Source of the DNA: Cyanobacteriota bacterium
GTDB taxonomy: Bacteria; Cyanobacteriota; Cyanobacteriia; PCC-6307; Cyanobiaceae
Length of the DNA stretch: 64,000 nt
Assembly (NCBI GenBank): GCA_041158125.1
Contig: JBEBCC010000064.1
Location: 21,925 to 85,924 of the forward strand
Direction of reading: 5' to 3'
Position numbering within the stretch: position 1 is the stretch's first letter
DNA letters: not shown here
Content: more model-generated notes on this DNA
Databases searched by the model: none
Told to the model about the DNA's origin: nothing
What the model saw: the letters and a program-made list of their open reading frames with translations, nothing else

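Noticed and set aside
1-64000. tRNA, rRNA, CRISPR arrays, transposases and integrases
   Set aside because: None were recognised by eye. A tRNAscan/Rfam/ISEScan run would be needed to exclude short or degenerate elements.

Overview
High-GC picocyanobacterial DNA (Cyanobium/Synechococcus-like gene content and order) in three parts. (1) 1-8 kb is an accessory cluster: a 1099-aa protein with a C-terminal actin/Hsp70-fold ATPase, two convergent genes that appear to share an unnamed C-terminal domain, a TM2/NINE protein, a small kinase-like protein and hypothetical proteins. (2) 8-27.4 kb is a core block: chlP, M15B carboxypeptidase, U32 protein, typA, DUF309, lptA-like, lptB, lptF/G, ccsA, rpe, glpX, hemA, glgC, gndA, pgl and CIA30. 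(3) From ATG 28434 to the end of the window is one giant + strand ORF of more than 11,850 aa, missing from the ORF track apparently because it has no stop codon in the window. I translated many segments of it by hand. In order it contains: a DUF4347 (caspase-like) domain with a His/Cys pair, about seven ~500-aa Gly/Leu-rich beta super-repeats (three carrying domain arrays inserted in the same loop), a Leu-Pro-Trp repeat block, an alpha/beta region, internal RTX Ca2+-binding nonapeptides and a long beta-helix-like region. I found no tRNA, rRNA, CRISPR array or transposase. All family calls come from motif recognition by eye, not database searches.
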